Made by a program: the position numbers and the translations under genes
Shown here: in pieces, positions 12,611 through 25,059 of the stretch
Position numbering within the stretch: position 1 is the first letter of the stretch
How the letters are laid out: each line of letters begins with the position of its first letter
Notes under the pieces: model-generated
The model's input: the letters and a program-made list of their open reading frames with translations, nothing else
Told to the model about the DNA's origin: nothing
The model's database searches: none
NCBI RefSeq assembly: GCF_036321535.1
Contig: NC_087436.1
Coordinates: 109,742,001-109,806,000, forward strand
Origin: Camelus dromedarius
Lineage: Eukaryota
DNA: 64,000 bases
Reading direction: 5' to 3'

Positions 12611-14164
12611 ATTATTGTTATCAATATATTGTATGATATTTATAGAAGTTTCAGTATCTCTCTAATAACCAGATATGATTAATAAACTGTTTGCCAACAT
12701 TTGATATGTAAAATATTTTTCATAATATAGGTCAACAGGTATCCATGTTATAAAGCAAATAATTGTAAATATGAGTGGAAGAATTCTATTTTCTGAAACA
12801 TGCGGTCTATGTGAGTGCTGTGAATGTTTGTTGTTATGGTGGTTTTTAATGAAGAAAAAGTTTTCTCTGAAATTAAAAGCCATATAATTTAGATCTGGAG
12901 ACTGCCTAGGAGATGATCGCAGTTGACTGTCTCAGTTTTTAAGTCAGGACACTGACGACAGCAAAGGTGTGAGGTCCCACTTAAAGTCACTCAGGCAATT
13001 AATACCTGAGCCAGCACAGGGGCCAAGGTGGCCTGTGTGCTGTTCTAGAGCTTTCCAGCCTCGTCCTGCCACTGCAGTGCCAACATGCCATTGTTGGTGG
13101 AGAAATGTTTATTTCAGTTCATGAGTTCTCGGAATGTGCACAACATCTGCTTAGCACTCTCTGTGGGGTGGGAACTCAACAAGTGCTCATCAAGGGCCCT
13201 ACATTCTATTCTCCATCAGTAAAAATGACAATAATGATTTTCTAGCAAGGTAGGGAAATACCTGATTCTTCTAGGTTATTCTCAGGTCATGAGAAGCAGG
13301 CAATACTTAGAAAAAAATAAGGACATGAGATAGGTTTTAAAGAGTGTGCCTTCTCTGATGCCTACAAAACTGTAATTAGTGGCTTGAAGCTACTGGCCAC
13401 AGCAGTCTGGGCCTTCCTACAGCAAACAGCTGTCTTCCTTTTTTAGGAAGCGCTATATAAGGCATGCAAACCACATGGATTTCCTTTGAAGCAGCTAGAA
13501 CTTTTGTCAATATCATCTTTTATCTCTCTCTTCCCCTTCAGACCCTCTGAGAAGAGATCTTATCAAAGAGAGAATCAAAGGAAGCTTCTGGTGTTACTAT
13601 TTCCCAGACAACTTTCTGGAATTCTTAAACATGGAGCCAGATTCCTGACAGTCATGATGTGGTTTCTGAAAGTGTTTTCCCCAGTCCTCGCTCCATAACA
13701 GCTTCAGGCTGTGTGGACACAAGCCAGCCGGGGCTTTCACATTTTGCCCCATGTTTTCAGGAGTTGGAGATCCATGTCATGCTTATCAACATATAAATAT
13801 TGCTTGTTCTTGCCTATATGAGGCCTCCTAGGCAAACACACATAGACAAACTACCTCTCTCTCTTTTCAGCAGAGCTCTAAAAGTCATCCTCTTTTAACA
13901 TCATAACTTCAGAAGTTCTTGAAGTTGCTTCAAGAGCCTGGATCACCCCTTAGTTATATCATATGAAGAAATAAATAAGGCACGATTACAGAAATGGTTA
14001 TTGTCAAAGCTAAATAATGAATTTTTATGTGACAGCATTATATGAATAGAGTCCTATCAAGAAAAATAGTTTTCTCCCAAATATCCCACTTCTGAACTTA
14101 AAATGAGTCTCTAGCATGAGGGTGTTTTGTTGCTGAAAATGCAAATCAGCTTATAGATGGACTA

Positions 14165-14850
14165 CAGTCAGGACACTTGGTTGTAGTCAACAGAAAACCA
14201 ATCTGGTTAATTTAAGAGAAAAAGGTTGGAAATCATAAACTAAAGATATTGGAAACAATAAAACAAACAAACAAACAAACAAACTGAGGAATGTGGTTCA
14301 ATCTACATGCACACCCACAGGAAGGTAACGGTGGCTTCAGAAGGTAATGCCAGTGAAGACCTTCCTGTGCACCAGATACTGTTCTATGAGAATTAACTCT
14401 TTCCAACTTTGAAGCAGTATTATGGGACCATGACTATTATCACCCTATTTTATAGATGAAGAAATTGAGGCAGTCATTAAAGCTTTGGTCCAAGAACATT
14501 GAACCATTAAATGGTCGAACTGGACCAGGAGTCAAGGCCGTGCTGTAGGAATATCCTTCTCAGGATGCCAGTCCCTTCACTGCTCACCGTGCAGTGCTTC
14601 TCTCACCACCATCTTTACTGCCACCGGGCGCTGGTAGTGCTCTGCAACACTTGTTCCAGATTCCGAACTTGGGTGTGGATATCTCACATCCATGTCTTGT
14701 CTTCTAGGAGACTAAGAAGCAAGGATTCCACTTTTAATGTTTGGCCTTATTCAGTAATAGATTTCTCAAAACTAGAAATCAAGTTCACATGCTTAGCAGT
14801 CAAAAGAACACAACAATCACTGCTCTCTCTGATAGTAACTACTAATAACC
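14165..14850. mobile_element. Degraded MLT1 (J/K/L-like) LTR pieces with a nested MIR (~14410-14540, minus) and a (CAAA)n run
   Basis: 'agtcaggacacttggttgtagtcaacagaaaaccaatctgg' LTR end; MIR core 'ctattttatagatgaagaaattgaggca'. Confidence 0.55.
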
Positions 14851-16329
14851 TTGGATGAAAAATTTAAATCCTGCCCAAAGACTACCATGCAATTTAGCAA
14901 AATTGCAACTGTGGATAACGTTAATTGATTACAAATGTAAATGACCTTGTTTCTCAAAGATACCATTTGGAATTCCATCCCAAACATAAACACTTTATAA
15001 TCAGTGAAATGAAAAACTAAAGAGAATAATTGTATGCTTTGAGTAAGTTCCTTAAAATCTGTTGAGAACTAATACTATGGGACATTGACTCTAATCCTTC
15101 GCAATTTCTTCCAATATAAACTTGAAAGTTAGATAAAGCAAGAACTGAATGGTGGAAAAGGACAGAGAAAAACAGCGAGTGAACGAGATTTCTACTGTAG
15201 AATGCTTTTGACATGCTCCAGTTACTGCGTCACGACTTCATGTTTCTTAATCTTGGCAATAGAATAAAGTCCTCAGCAGAAGGACTTTTTTCAAGTCCAA
15301 AACATGACACTTCAGAGCTCTACCCATAACTTCTCTTTTTATGTCTGCGGGATTTACAGTGTTTGCAGATGGAAGTAATTTAATACTGTGGTGATCTCTC
15401 ATCTAGCCTGTTTCCTTTCAGTGACCTTATGTTTACTATAAGAAAACACCAACAAGGTGTCTGATTTCTTCATGGAAAAATGGCAACTATTTAAAACAAA
15501 AGGATTTTGTCCAGCAGAATCATAAATCTTTCACTGGTTCTGTAATTTAACCAAAAAAAAGGGCTCATTTGTTCTGCGAGAAGTGTTTGCCTGCAAGACA
15601 AGGCCAATTTGACTTTCTCATAAAAAATGCATGTTTTTGAGGTGGGGGAAGATAGCAGTAGAATAAAAAGTCACTGTTCTATCGAAGGCAGGAGAATCAA
15701 GTCTTTTAATTTCCATGGCTTTGCCTCAAACCATCCATAAGTTATCATTTTGAAAGAAAACCCCAGAATTCTTCCTGGCATTTCCCAGGATGCTTTGAAA
15801 ATAATAGCAAGTTCTTTGTGCCCTTCACACATCTCTGCTTCAACACGTGTGGTTCCTGCTGATTTTAAAGCCTGTTCTGCACCCCAGAAAGCAGACTCTT
15901 CCTGGGATGAGAGAAGCTCTTGGTAACCACAGCAACACACACCTTTCCAGGGAATCTTCCCATTGACATTTGATAGGTCGAGTCATAAATAATGGAATGA
16001 AATCTTTCAGCAGAAGACCAGAAGCTGCAACTGGAACACTCAGGAAATGGATAACAGCTGCCTTTAAGGTGATGAGATGCAAGATGCCTTCCTATATTGG
16101 AGGCAGTTTTTCCAGCAAGAGAGAGAACTTGAATCTGGAGTGTTCGTTTTGTTTACACTATAGATCCAGGAGGTGAAAATGCAAAGGCTTTTGTGAATAC
16201 AATGCTACATCCAAAGATGCATTAGAGACTCTAATCTAAGGTTAACTCTATGAGTTAATAACTTACTCAGGAATTATTAACAAATGTGTGTTTTTATGAC
16301 ATTAAGCAGGTTTTTGAACAGGATGAAAT

Positions 16330-16720
16330 ATATTATTTTAAACATGAATTATGTGTTGAGCTCCTAATGTATGACCAAGTGTTCTGATCCTAGGAAGAAA
16401 AATAGGGAACAAAGCACATAGGAGATACAGGTAAGAGAGAACTAATGCATAAGCAGGTACCTGGAGGTTGACTAGAGTTAGTTAGGTGGAAAGTGGGGAG
16501 TGTAAGGAGAGAGTCCCAGGCAGAGGAAGCAGCTCAGGCAGGGACTTAGATGCAGAGAAATCACGGTGTATTTGGGAACTGAAATTGTTTCAGCATGTTG
16601 ATCTCTGGCCAGAAAACATATTCATTCAACACTCAGAAAATATCTATTTTTGTTCCTATGATGCAGCAGGAAGTGCTCCAGGTGTTTGGGTACGACCATC
16701 CGCAGAGCAGAGAGAGAGAA
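16330..16720 (-). mobile_element. L2 remnants
   Basis: 'gttgagctcctaatgtatgaccaagtgttct', 'cccaggcagaggaagcagc', 'ttcattcaac'. Confidence 0.55.
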
Positions 16721-17001
16721 CTTCCTGTCCTCGTGGAGTATATCACACAGTTCATAGCCGTGGTCGCGTCTTCCCTCCTCCCATATTCTTACCATACAGG
16801 GAAGAGGGGGTGAGTGTGCTGTGACATGAAACCACTACAAACCCATCGTCTTAAGGTTTTGGAGTGGTAGAAAATTATCCACCTTCAATTTGTCTCACTG
16901 GATGTTTGGCATCAATAAAAATTAATGAGGCCCCTAAAGTGTGCCAAGTACTGTGTTGGGTCCAAGCAGTGAAAAGATAAACTTGATTACAGGTGATAGA
17001 C

Positions 17002-17151
17002 CATAGATTCAATGCAATCCCAATCATAATCCCACCAAGTTATTTTGTAGACATTGACAAACTGATTCTGAAGTTTATATGGAAAAGCAAAAAACCCGAA
17101 CTGGCAACAGAATATTGAAAGGGGAGAATGAAGTCAGAGGATTTCACTACC
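17002..17151 (+). mobile_element. Old L1 ORF2 internal fragment
   Basis: Translates to RFNAIPIIIP-SYFVDIDKLILKFIWKSK, a typical L1 ORF2 motif. Confidence 0.85.
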
Positions 17152-17784
17152 AAAGAGGACACTGTGCTCAGGGAAATACACTAACTGGCCTGAGTCCCAA
17201 AGCTGGAAGGTCTTGCTGAGGAGTTCCATGAGCCTCCATGGAGGCTGATGAAGGGAATACCTGTGTTCACCCCAACAAAGGAGGTCATGCTAGAGTGCTT
17301 TTTTAAACACCTTTAAAAGTGCCCTCCACCCTCACATCCCAACACACCAAGGAGATACTAGGCTTCCCCTTGAGCTGGATGCACCAGCTCTAGGAGTAAC
17401 TGTGAATAAGACACTCTGTTCCACAGATATTGAGGGGCTGAAAATAAGCAGAAAGTCACAGTTTTGTAGGCAACAATGATATTGCAGAAGTGATGTTGGA
17501 ACGGTGATGGCTATAAACTTAAAAAAGAAAAAATTCCCGCAGGATTGTGTGTGCGTGTATCAGATTAGTGATGTTCCACTCCTACCAAAGAAGTCACACA
17601 GGGGAGGAGTGTGGTAAGTGATTGTACAGAGTATGGAGAAGAAATAAGATGGTCCTTCCTCTGGACACCACTCGACCCACTTCATGGAAGCAGTTGATGA
17701 AATCCTTCCATTCTCGCCATTCAGAGGATGGATAAGGTGTTAGGTTAACTCATCAGGTGATACCGGCACCTTATTGTACCAACA

Positions 17785-17970
17785 GTGAGCATATGATAAA
17801 CATTTTCAGTGTACCACACATTTAATCTATTTTTCACAAATCAGCGAGATGGAGCAAAACTGAGACTCCAGGGAGTTCAGGCGATTCAACTTGAAATAGT
17901 AAACAAGACAGAAACACAAATTCCCGGACTCCAAACCCGTAGTCATTCTTAGACTGAGACTGTGATATTG
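17785..17970 (-). mobile_element. MIR SINE remnant
   Basis: 'catttaatct...cacaa...gatggagcaaaactgagactccagggagtt...aacttg'. Confidence 0.55.
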
Positions 17971-18086
17971 GATCAATTTAGACGTATTTTGGTGGTCAAC
18001 CTTTTTTTTGCTGAATATTTTAGTATTAATTATTTCAGGATGTTTTTCTGAAATTATTCCAATTAGTGGTTTCTTTGATTGCACAT

Positions 18087-18088
<2 letters not shown>

Positions 18089-18135
<47 letters not shown>
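18089..18135. repeat. (AC)23 microsatellite
   Basis: Direct reading. Confidence 0.97.
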
Positions 18136-18136
<1 letters not shown>

Positions 18137-18547
18137 TCACATTCAATTAATAATTCAGAAAACATTTACTTGGATTCGAATAACATTAAGTGCCTGTCTC
18201 CCGCACTGGGCTGTGAGTTTCAGCAGTACGAACACAGTGTATAAATGGTACGTAGTTCAGTGTCTGGTGTATATTAACGCTTAATAAATATTTGTCACAT
18301 TAATCGGTCTCCTCTTACAAGACAGTTTGCTAAAAGCTATGTATGGCGATGTCAGACGGCAACCTGTGGTTACTGTCTTTTTGTGTCAGAGGACTTAAGA
18401 CCACAAAAGAGGCAAGTTCCAGCAGTTACAATTTATCCCTGTGTCCAGTCCATCCTGCTTGAACACCTTGACACTGGTCCCATTCTTTTTCTAAACTTGC
18501 AAACTTTCTCTCATCTGGTTTCTTTCTGTCCCTGCTCCCCTGGTAAA

Positions 18548-18757
18548 CCTCTCCCTCTTTCTTTTCTTTCTTTCTGTCTTTCTTTCCCTCCCTTCCTTCC
18601 TCCCTCCCTCCCTTCCTTCCTTCCTTCCTTCCTTCCTTCCTTCCTTCCTTCCTTCCTTCCTTTCTTCCTTCCTTCCTTTCGTTCTTTCGTTCTTTCTCTT
18701 TCTCTCTTTCTTTCTCTCTTTCTTTCTTTCCTTCTTTCTTCTCTTTTTCTTTTTCTC
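18548..18757. repeat. Compound polypyrimidine microsatellite (TTCC)n/(TTTC)n
   Basis: ~210 nt almost purely C/T on the + strand. Confidence 0.97.
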
Positions 18758-20639
18758 AGAGTTTGACATATCAGCTGCACCTGCCTCTTACAGTTCGCCT
18801 CTAACCTTTCCTTTTCATCATCACTCTTGCTTATTCCACTCTTGGCTCAAGACATCTGGTCCCTGAAGGCTTGTCCCTTAGACCCGTCTCTGGAAACAAC
18901 TGGGATTTTTTTTTTTTAAGTTGGTTGGGACATAAAGATATTCAGACAGCAACATTGCATGGTGTTCAATAATACAAATAGAGTGTTCAGATATGTTCAT
19001 TTGATTTATAAATACTCTGCTTTATCACTGAGATTTCTGAGAGGAAAATATTTATACAATTATGTCTAGTTTTTAATACAAATAATTTTATGTCTATTGA
19101 AGGTATGAGTTCTTTAAAGAAGTGTAATCTAATTCTTAGTTTTAAAATGCTTTCAGCAAATTTTCTGTGGTATGTGACAATGGTTGCTTGTACTAATATT
19201 ATAGCTCATCTTGCAAACGAAGACAAATGGCTTGGATTTTATGGAAGTTATTTTAAAGTTGCTCATAATTTGTAATGAAGGCTCAACTCTTTATTTAGCA
19301 CACCGTTATTCAAACGACCAAGTGAAATGTACAGATATGATTAAACGCACGTCTATGAGAGCCGCTTCTTTTTGTAGAAATACCAGAAATATAGAGTTTA
19401 GCCCATCGCTGATTTAGGAAACATCTTCCAACACTATAAATTATTTGGAGAAGATAACATGCATTTTATTTCCTTCTGGAAAGCCAGGCCACTTTGAGCA
19501 GAAAACAAACTCCATGGCCGTCAGCCCACAGAAACTCAGTGGGCCTCTCTGGCAGGGCATGAAGGCGTTTGATCCTCGTTCTAATTAGGCGTACTCCCTC
19601 TGGGGCTCTGCTCAGAAGTCAGAGTTAAGGCTTGCCTTGTTCCCTCACAGCGATGGGGAAATCCACTTCAGCGCAGCAGTGCCCTTGATTTGAACACGTC
19701 TGGGGACTTGGAAGCAAGAGCAGAACAAATCAAGAGCACAGGCTGGAGCTGCCAGGGAGCAGAATCGGCAGGCGCTCCTCCTAAGCTTTCTGGTCTAAAG
19801 AGGCGGCTTCTCTCCCATGAGGAGGAGGCCAGAGCCGTGCGGCCCAAGCCCCAAGTGGCTCTCCTCTGTGGCTTGTGGCTGCCCTAAACCTCATTGCCCA
19901 GGCTTGCAGCCTTCCAGCGATTCTGGGATGGCAGACACACAGGATCATGATTTTGTAGCTGGTGGGGAAGATAGATGCATGATTCAGTTCCAAAGATGCG
20001 GATGGCTTTCCTACTGTGTGTCAGACATCCTCCTCTGTGGAAGGAGGTGAAGATGCCATCGTCCCCACTTTTAAGTCTCTTATGGTTCTGTGGCTTTTTG
20101 TATGGCTGTGGATTGACACCTTTTCATACAAACAGGAGGGAAATTAGGGAAAGAGATACGCTGATGTGACGACATTATAGAAAACTTGAAAGGACACAGA
20201 ATTTGGGATCATATGCCAGTTTTATCCGTGCTTCTGTTATTTGTAAGTTATGTGCAAACCCAATTAACTAATTAAGCACTTCTTGAACATGGTTTATGCT
20301 TTGTTCACATTACTAAGTTTTCAAGATACTGATATAAATGTGACATGATCACTGCTTTCAAGGTGTTTATGCCGATGCTATCTGAGTGTATTTTTTCTCG
20401 TCTGTTGAAAATATCATTATAGTAATTACTGACCTTTCTATCTCATTAAGCTATTTTTGAGAATCAAATTTGATAACATGCATGAAAAATGTTCACTGTA
20501 AAAGATTGTACAAATATATGTGCTAGATTTATATAGTTTATTATGTTTAAGTAATTTTCAAGATGTGGAATAGCCAAACTAGTATATCCAGGTGTAAAAG
20601 AAACAAAACAAAACAACAAAACACCATTCTGAAATTTCT

Positions 20640-20803
20640 GAAATCAGCATCGCCTGATCACCTGGGCACTTAGAAATGCACATTTGGGGTACCCGATGGA
20701 GACCTAATGAATTAGAAACTCTAGGTGTGGGGGTAAGAAGTCTGTTTTAACAAGCCCTCCGCGCGATTCTGACATAACCCATCAAGGTGAAGAACTCCGC
20801 CTG
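20640..20803. mobile_element. MER5A-like hAT-Charlie MITE
   Basis: 'atcacctggg...ttagaaatgca...aatgaattagaaactctagg...ttttaacaagccctcc...gattctga'. Confidence 0.8.
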
Positions 20804-22161
20804 TGGATCCTCTTGTCTTTCTGAACCATCATGCCTTTCCACGGTCAGTACCATTTAGGTCTGTAGTTTTTCAAAGGTCTCTGTGGATGCAGAGTTAGAA
20901 TCTGAGAAGAGATGGAGATCCAAGTCTGATTTATGCCATTTCACATTGCTTCATCTTTCAGTGACCAATATTCATTCATCATTTACTGCGCGCATACCAT
21001 GTACCAGACATTGCACTCAATTATTTTTCATAGTTCTCTGTTTCCCAGGTGGCCTTGTCTTATTCAAATGACATGGTACATTCAAAAAAAAATTTTTAAA
21101 GGCATATTCTGGCATTGTTCTTAAGACCTGGAAGACAACTTCTGCTCTAAGATCTGTTTCCTATATTTTTCCCTCTATTTTTTTTTTTATTGTCCTTTTC
21201 CTTCAATAAAAAGCCAGAGAAGACAATGAGGGCTAATATGTTGAAGCATTTTCCTCATGTACAGCAAGACTTTATTGAAAACGCTCCACAGGAAGCCTGT
21301 CTTTGTTTTACTGCAATTACACAATAACCCGGCGACCCTGAAGAGGCAATTCTATCTGGAAAGCTGAAACATCTTGCTGCTTGCCAAAAGTAAGAGGGAC
21401 CTGCATTTTGGGATTTGAGGAGATTTTATGTATTTGGAGGAACGTTCCCTTGATTATAATCTCTTCAGAGACCAGAACCACGGCATTCAGAAACAGCTGT
21501 GTGGCTGGAAGCTGCCGGGGTAGGTTCTTTTCATTAAATAAATTGGCCCCACACAGACCTTCTGAGAGGAAGACTTCTGAGCAGTGCTTAGAACACATGG
21601 GCTGAACTTCAGGAGTTCCTTTGGTTTACAGCGCTTTATCATTCCTCCACACTCTCAGACAGAGAGTTAATTTGGGGAAAATAAGTTCCCTCCTCCTGTA
21701 TCCCTGTGTCATGTCTGCTTTCCCTCTCTGAAGTCCTCAGTGCTTTTATCAAGGAGAAAGCAACCCCACAGATCTGACGTGCGCCATGGTGCATCTGACC
21801 TACTCCATCTCCCTCCCAGGATGCCAGGCTTACCTTGTGGCCATTTAGTAATATGCTTTAACGAATTTCTTTCCATTTTATCAAGAAATCACCTAGAGAA
21901 GGTCATGATTAATTCAGAAAAAGCATAAATATGGTCAACACATTATACCCCCCCGAATGAAAGCAAAAGCAGCTTTGCCTACAGGGAAGGGACGGTAGTT
22001 TTCCGACTGTCCCTCAAGTCAGAGAGGAAGGAAAGTTGGTAGAAAAATGAAGATTTAATAGGTTATATATAATTGCTAAACAGCAAGTCATTTCACTTCT
22101 CTAGAAATCAGAATCATCTGAAAATGAGAGAAATCACGGCTCATTATGGAACCAACCACCT

Positions 22162-22655
22162 CTACCTGACTGGGCCATGTGATACTTAGACATTCGACCA
22201 AGTCTTATTCTGGATGTGAAGGTGTTTCTGGAGGAAATTACCATTTGAATTTGTAGGCTGAGTACAGTAAGCTGTGCATGGATCTCATCCAATTAGCTAA
22301 AGACTTGAATAGAACACAAAGGCTGGGTAAAAGGGAACTCCTTCTGCCCGACTGAGCTGGACCATTGGCTTTTTCTGGCCTCAGGACTCAGACTGAAACA
22401 TTGGTGCTTCTTGGGTCCTGCCTACCACCTTTCAAACTAAAACTTACACCATCAGCTCTACTGGGTCTCAGGCCTCAGACTTTGATGGGAACTACACATT
22501 GGCCCTCCTGGGTGTCCAGCTTGCCAACTGCTGATCTGGGGACTTACCAGCCTCCATAATTGTGTGAGCCAATTCCTTATAATACATCTCTCTCTCTCTC
22601 TCCACACACATACATGCTGTTGGTTCTGTTTATCTGGAGAACTCTGAGTAATACA
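22162..22655 (+). mobile_element. MLT2 (ERVL) solo LTR
   Basis: 'ctgactgggcca', 'gtgtttctggaggaaatta', 'cagcctccataattgtgtgagccaattccttataata', end 'gttctgtttatctggagaactctgagtaataca'. Confidence 0.9.
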
Positions 22656-22727
22656 GATTCTGTACTGTAGGTACAATTTTATCTCCAAATTACAGATAGG
22701 GAAACACACACTAAGAAGTTAGTTTTC

Positions 22728-23208
22728 TGTGGCGGGTTAAAGGTATGCCCACTGATTCTCTGATACTCCCCTCTCAAGAGGTGAAGCTTAATTTCTCTCC
22801 CTTTGAGTTTGAACTGGACTTGGCAATTCATTTCTAAGAACAGTATAGAGCAGATGTGATGGGATGTCCCTCTCAAGACTAAATAATAAAAATACTATGG
22901 CTTCTGTCTCGGGTTTTCTCTATCTCTGTTCCTCTGAACACTCGTTCCAGGGAAAGCCAGTTCCCATGACTCTGAGCAGCAGTATGAATTGACCAATACA
23001 GTGACGAGTTGAAAGCTCCTGCCATTAACCACAATAGTGAGCTTAGATTCTCCTGCTTCTTCAGATGACCCCAGTCTCATGAAATCTCAATCAAAACCAG
23101 CTAGCTAAACCCTTCCTGGGTTCCTGACCATAAATGGTGTGTGGTAAATGTTTGTGATTTTAAGCTGCTAAATCTGGGATATTTTGTTACACAGCAAGAG
23201 ATAATAAT
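22728..23208 (+). mobile_element. MLT1F-like MaLR solo LTR
   Basis: Starts 'tgtggcgggttaaag', contains 'cccctctcaagaggtg', ends 'tttaagctgctaaatctggg...ttgttacacagcaagagataa'. Confidence 0.8.
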
Positions 23209-23209
23209 C

Positions 23210-23492
23210 ATTCTTGCTGAAGGTCACACTGTTCTCTTGCTGAAGGTCACACAGTTCGTAAGAGTCAGAACTAGGAGCCAAACCCAGAGAGTGTTCTCCA
23301 GAGTCAATGTTTTCTTTTTGTTTGTTTTGTTCTATCACTTTAATTTGGGGGGGGGGTCAATAATTGGGTTTATTTATTTTATTACTTTTTTAATGGAAGT
23401 ACTGGGGATTGAATCCAGGACCTTGTACATGCTAAGCATGTGCTGTACCACTGAGCTATACCTTCCCCTTCAGAGTCAGTGTTTTCAACCAG
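23210..23492 (-). mobile_element. MIR fragment (host of the Vic-1-like SINE) with a short internal tandem duplication
   Basis: 'cttgctgaaggtcacac' occurs twice, then 'cagaactaggagccaaacccag...ctccagagtc'. Confidence 0.6.
23315..23470 (-). mobile_element. Camelid tRNA-derived SINE (Vic-1-like)
   Basis: Reverse complement reads ggggaaggtatagctcagtggtacagcacatgcttagcatgtacaaggtcctggattcaatccccagtac (A/B boxes) plus A-rich tail; 16-bp TSD cagagtca(a/g)tgttttc at 23299-23314 and 23471-23486. Confidence 0.92.
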
Positions 23493-23959
23493 CATCTCTA
23501 TTGACTCTCATAATGACACAGTATTGAAGATTACAAACCTAACATTACCACCCCACCCCCAAATGCCCTTATGAAAGAAGAGGCCTTGGTCTCCATATCT
23601 CACTTCAAATAGTTCCCTTCATGAATCTTCTTAAAAAACAGTAAATCAAGATCATGGGATATATTTTCTCCTTTGCCAATAGATGTCAGAGATGTTCTCA
23701 TCAGACTTAGATGAGGATTGAGGCCAAGTTGTGCCCAAGCCCAAGAGACTCCCACCTGAAAGAGGGTCGAATGCTTGTCATTTTTATTTTCTTGTTAAAA
23801 AATAATACTTTGTGAGACACTATCTGACTAATTGAGGCTTCTGTTTAATTGAGATCTAGTTTAATAACCTTCAGATATCATTTAAAAAGAGTAATGACAG
23901 GGCGACATAACAGTGCCCACTTATGACAGTATAATAAGCTTTGTGATAGATTGTACTTT

Positions 23960-24130
23960 CTTAACTTGCCTTGCTTCTCACCCCCTGGCCTTTGCACAGT
24001 CTGCTCTGCTGCCTAGAAAGCCCTTCCAGCCCTGGCACTTTCTCCCCATCTATCTTAAATCCAAATGCCTCCTTTTTTATCCTTCAAGACTCAGCTACCT
24101 GGTCAGGGTCATCCAGGATTCCTTCTTGTT
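23960..24130 (+). mobile_element. L2 remnant
   Basis: 'ggcctttgcacagtctgct...ctgcctagaaagcccttcc...atccttcaagactcagct'. Confidence 0.6.
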
Positions 24131-24247
24131 TTCATTTTACCCTCAGTCATCCTTTGGGTTTCAACAGCAACTTCAACAGCATAATGCAGACTAAAGTGTC
24201 TCTTTTGGAAACAAATAGATGCTGATTTCAGTCAAGCCTGTGTTATG

Positions 24248-24760
24248 TGTGTCGACTGAAAAAAATGCACAACCTACAAATTGAGAATTATGTTTTATTT
24301 AGTGGACTTTCTGAGGACTTCAAATCTGGGAGGCAGCTTTTTTAGATAGAGCTAAGGAACTGTCCCAAAGAGGTAAGGGAGGAGCCAAAGTGTATAGGAG
24401 TTTTGCAATAAAGACTAGGTAGTTGGAACATCAAATGATTACTATTAAGTAAAGAAAATCCGATATCTCAAGTTAAGGAATTTAACACTCTTCTATGTAT
24501 GGGAAGGCACAAAGTTCTGGACTCATTGAAATCATTCGTTTGATAGGCACCTTAGCTCTCCAGGGCCAGATTGTGTTCTTTCTCATCCTGAGTCCCCTCA
24601 GGGTGCCCCACTGGCTGTGGCTGATGGCTGACTGCTTGGCATTGGGCAGCCTGTTTATCTCCATCCTGAGTTCCCTCAGGTGCTGTGGTAGTGGCTGATG
24701 GCTTGATGGCTTGGTAACATCCTTTGTTTACTGATAGGCAGGAACCATTTTTCATTCACA
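24248..24760 (-). mobile_element. ERV1 solo LTR, MER41-like (cetartiodactyl type)
   Basis: TG...CA termini, possible 4-bp TSD 'tatg' (24244-24247 and 24761-24764), AATAAA on minus near 24295, sequence resembles recalled artiodactyl MER41 consensus. Confidence 0.75.
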
Positions 24761-24789
24761 TATGCAAGATGCATATCCTTGGGTAATTT

Positions 24790-24920
24790 TCCCTAGCCCA
24801 CTAAGCCTTGATCTTTCTATTGAATGGAGACAATATAATTGTGAGGATTACGTTATTCGATAATTGAAAATGGTGCCTGGCATATAAAAAGTCCTAAATA
24901 AATATTAGCTTTTATTTTTA
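24790..24920 (+). mobile_element. MIR 3' remnant
   Basis: 'ttgtgaggatta...gtgcctggcatataaaaagtcctaaataaatattagct'. Confidence 0.65.
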
Positions 24921-25059
24921 TTGTGTTAAGTACGTATCAAAATGCATGAAAATTTTTCAATTGCTCTCTCTTTTAGAATATGTGTCTTTTGAATGCACAG
25001 AGGTAATTTTGGTGTTTTTGTCTTTATAGCACTGATGGCTAATGCTGTGGGAGGGAGAG

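Noticed and set aside
13440..13470. TATA/CArG-like motif 'gctatataagg' as a promoter
   Set aside because: Isolated motif, one mismatch from CArG, with no CpG island or downstream gene structure.
17827..18780. ORFs with HTHT/CVCV and LPSF/KEGR repeats
   Set aside because: These are translations of (AC)n and (TTCC)n microsatellites.
23395..23470. tRNA gene (also 35548-35622)
   Set aside because: The tRNA-like sequence is a SINE head with A-rich tail and TSD, and it is degenerate.
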